Shown: in pieces, positions 63,760-63,765 of the stretch
How positions within the stretch are numbered: position 1 is the first letter of the stretch
Layout: each line of letters opens with the position of its first letter
Assembly: GCF_001194135.2 (NCBI RefSeq)
Contig: NC_068995.1
Coordinates: forward strand, 4,497,339 to 4,561,103
Source of the DNA: Octopus bimaculoides
Lineage: Eukaryota
DNA: 63,765 nucleotides
Direction: 5' to 3'
Program-made: the position numbers and the translations under genes
Notes under the pieces: generated by a model
The model's input: the letters and a program-made list of their open reading frames with translations, nothing else
Databases searched by the model: none
What the model was told of the DNA's origin: nothing

Positions 63760-63765
63760 TATATA

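Overview
AT-rich, intron/intergenic-type eukaryotic DNA from a draft assembly. There are 17 N-gaps (about 8.3 kb, 13% of the window), and almost all are bordered by microsatellites. The extreme density of (TA)n/(CA)n/(TAGA)n/trinucleotide repeats and the tRNA-headed SINE families suggest a coleoid cephalopod such as Octopus; this is an inference, not checked by a search. I recognise no intact protein-coding gene, rRNA, tRNA or CRISPR array, and nearly all listed ORFs are microsatellite or gap artefacts. Supportable content: about 30 SINE copies or fragments from several families; decayed relics of a pogo/Tigger transposase (~31.1-32.5 kb), a Ty3/Gypsy pol (~35.3-36.4 kb) and an R4/Dong-type LINE RT (~25.1-25.4 kb); a Tigger-type MITE end; and a Helentron-associated (HINE-like) element. 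The most interesting signal is a set of minimal hammerhead-ribozyme motifs of the Penelope-like-element (PLE) type. It includes two copies of a ~150-bp element whose inverted ends are each a hammerhead motif, one with an intact catalytic core (23770-23812, minus strand). Several unexplained hairpins and palindrome arrays, recurrent YY1/ETS-like motifs and weak exon candidates are also reported.
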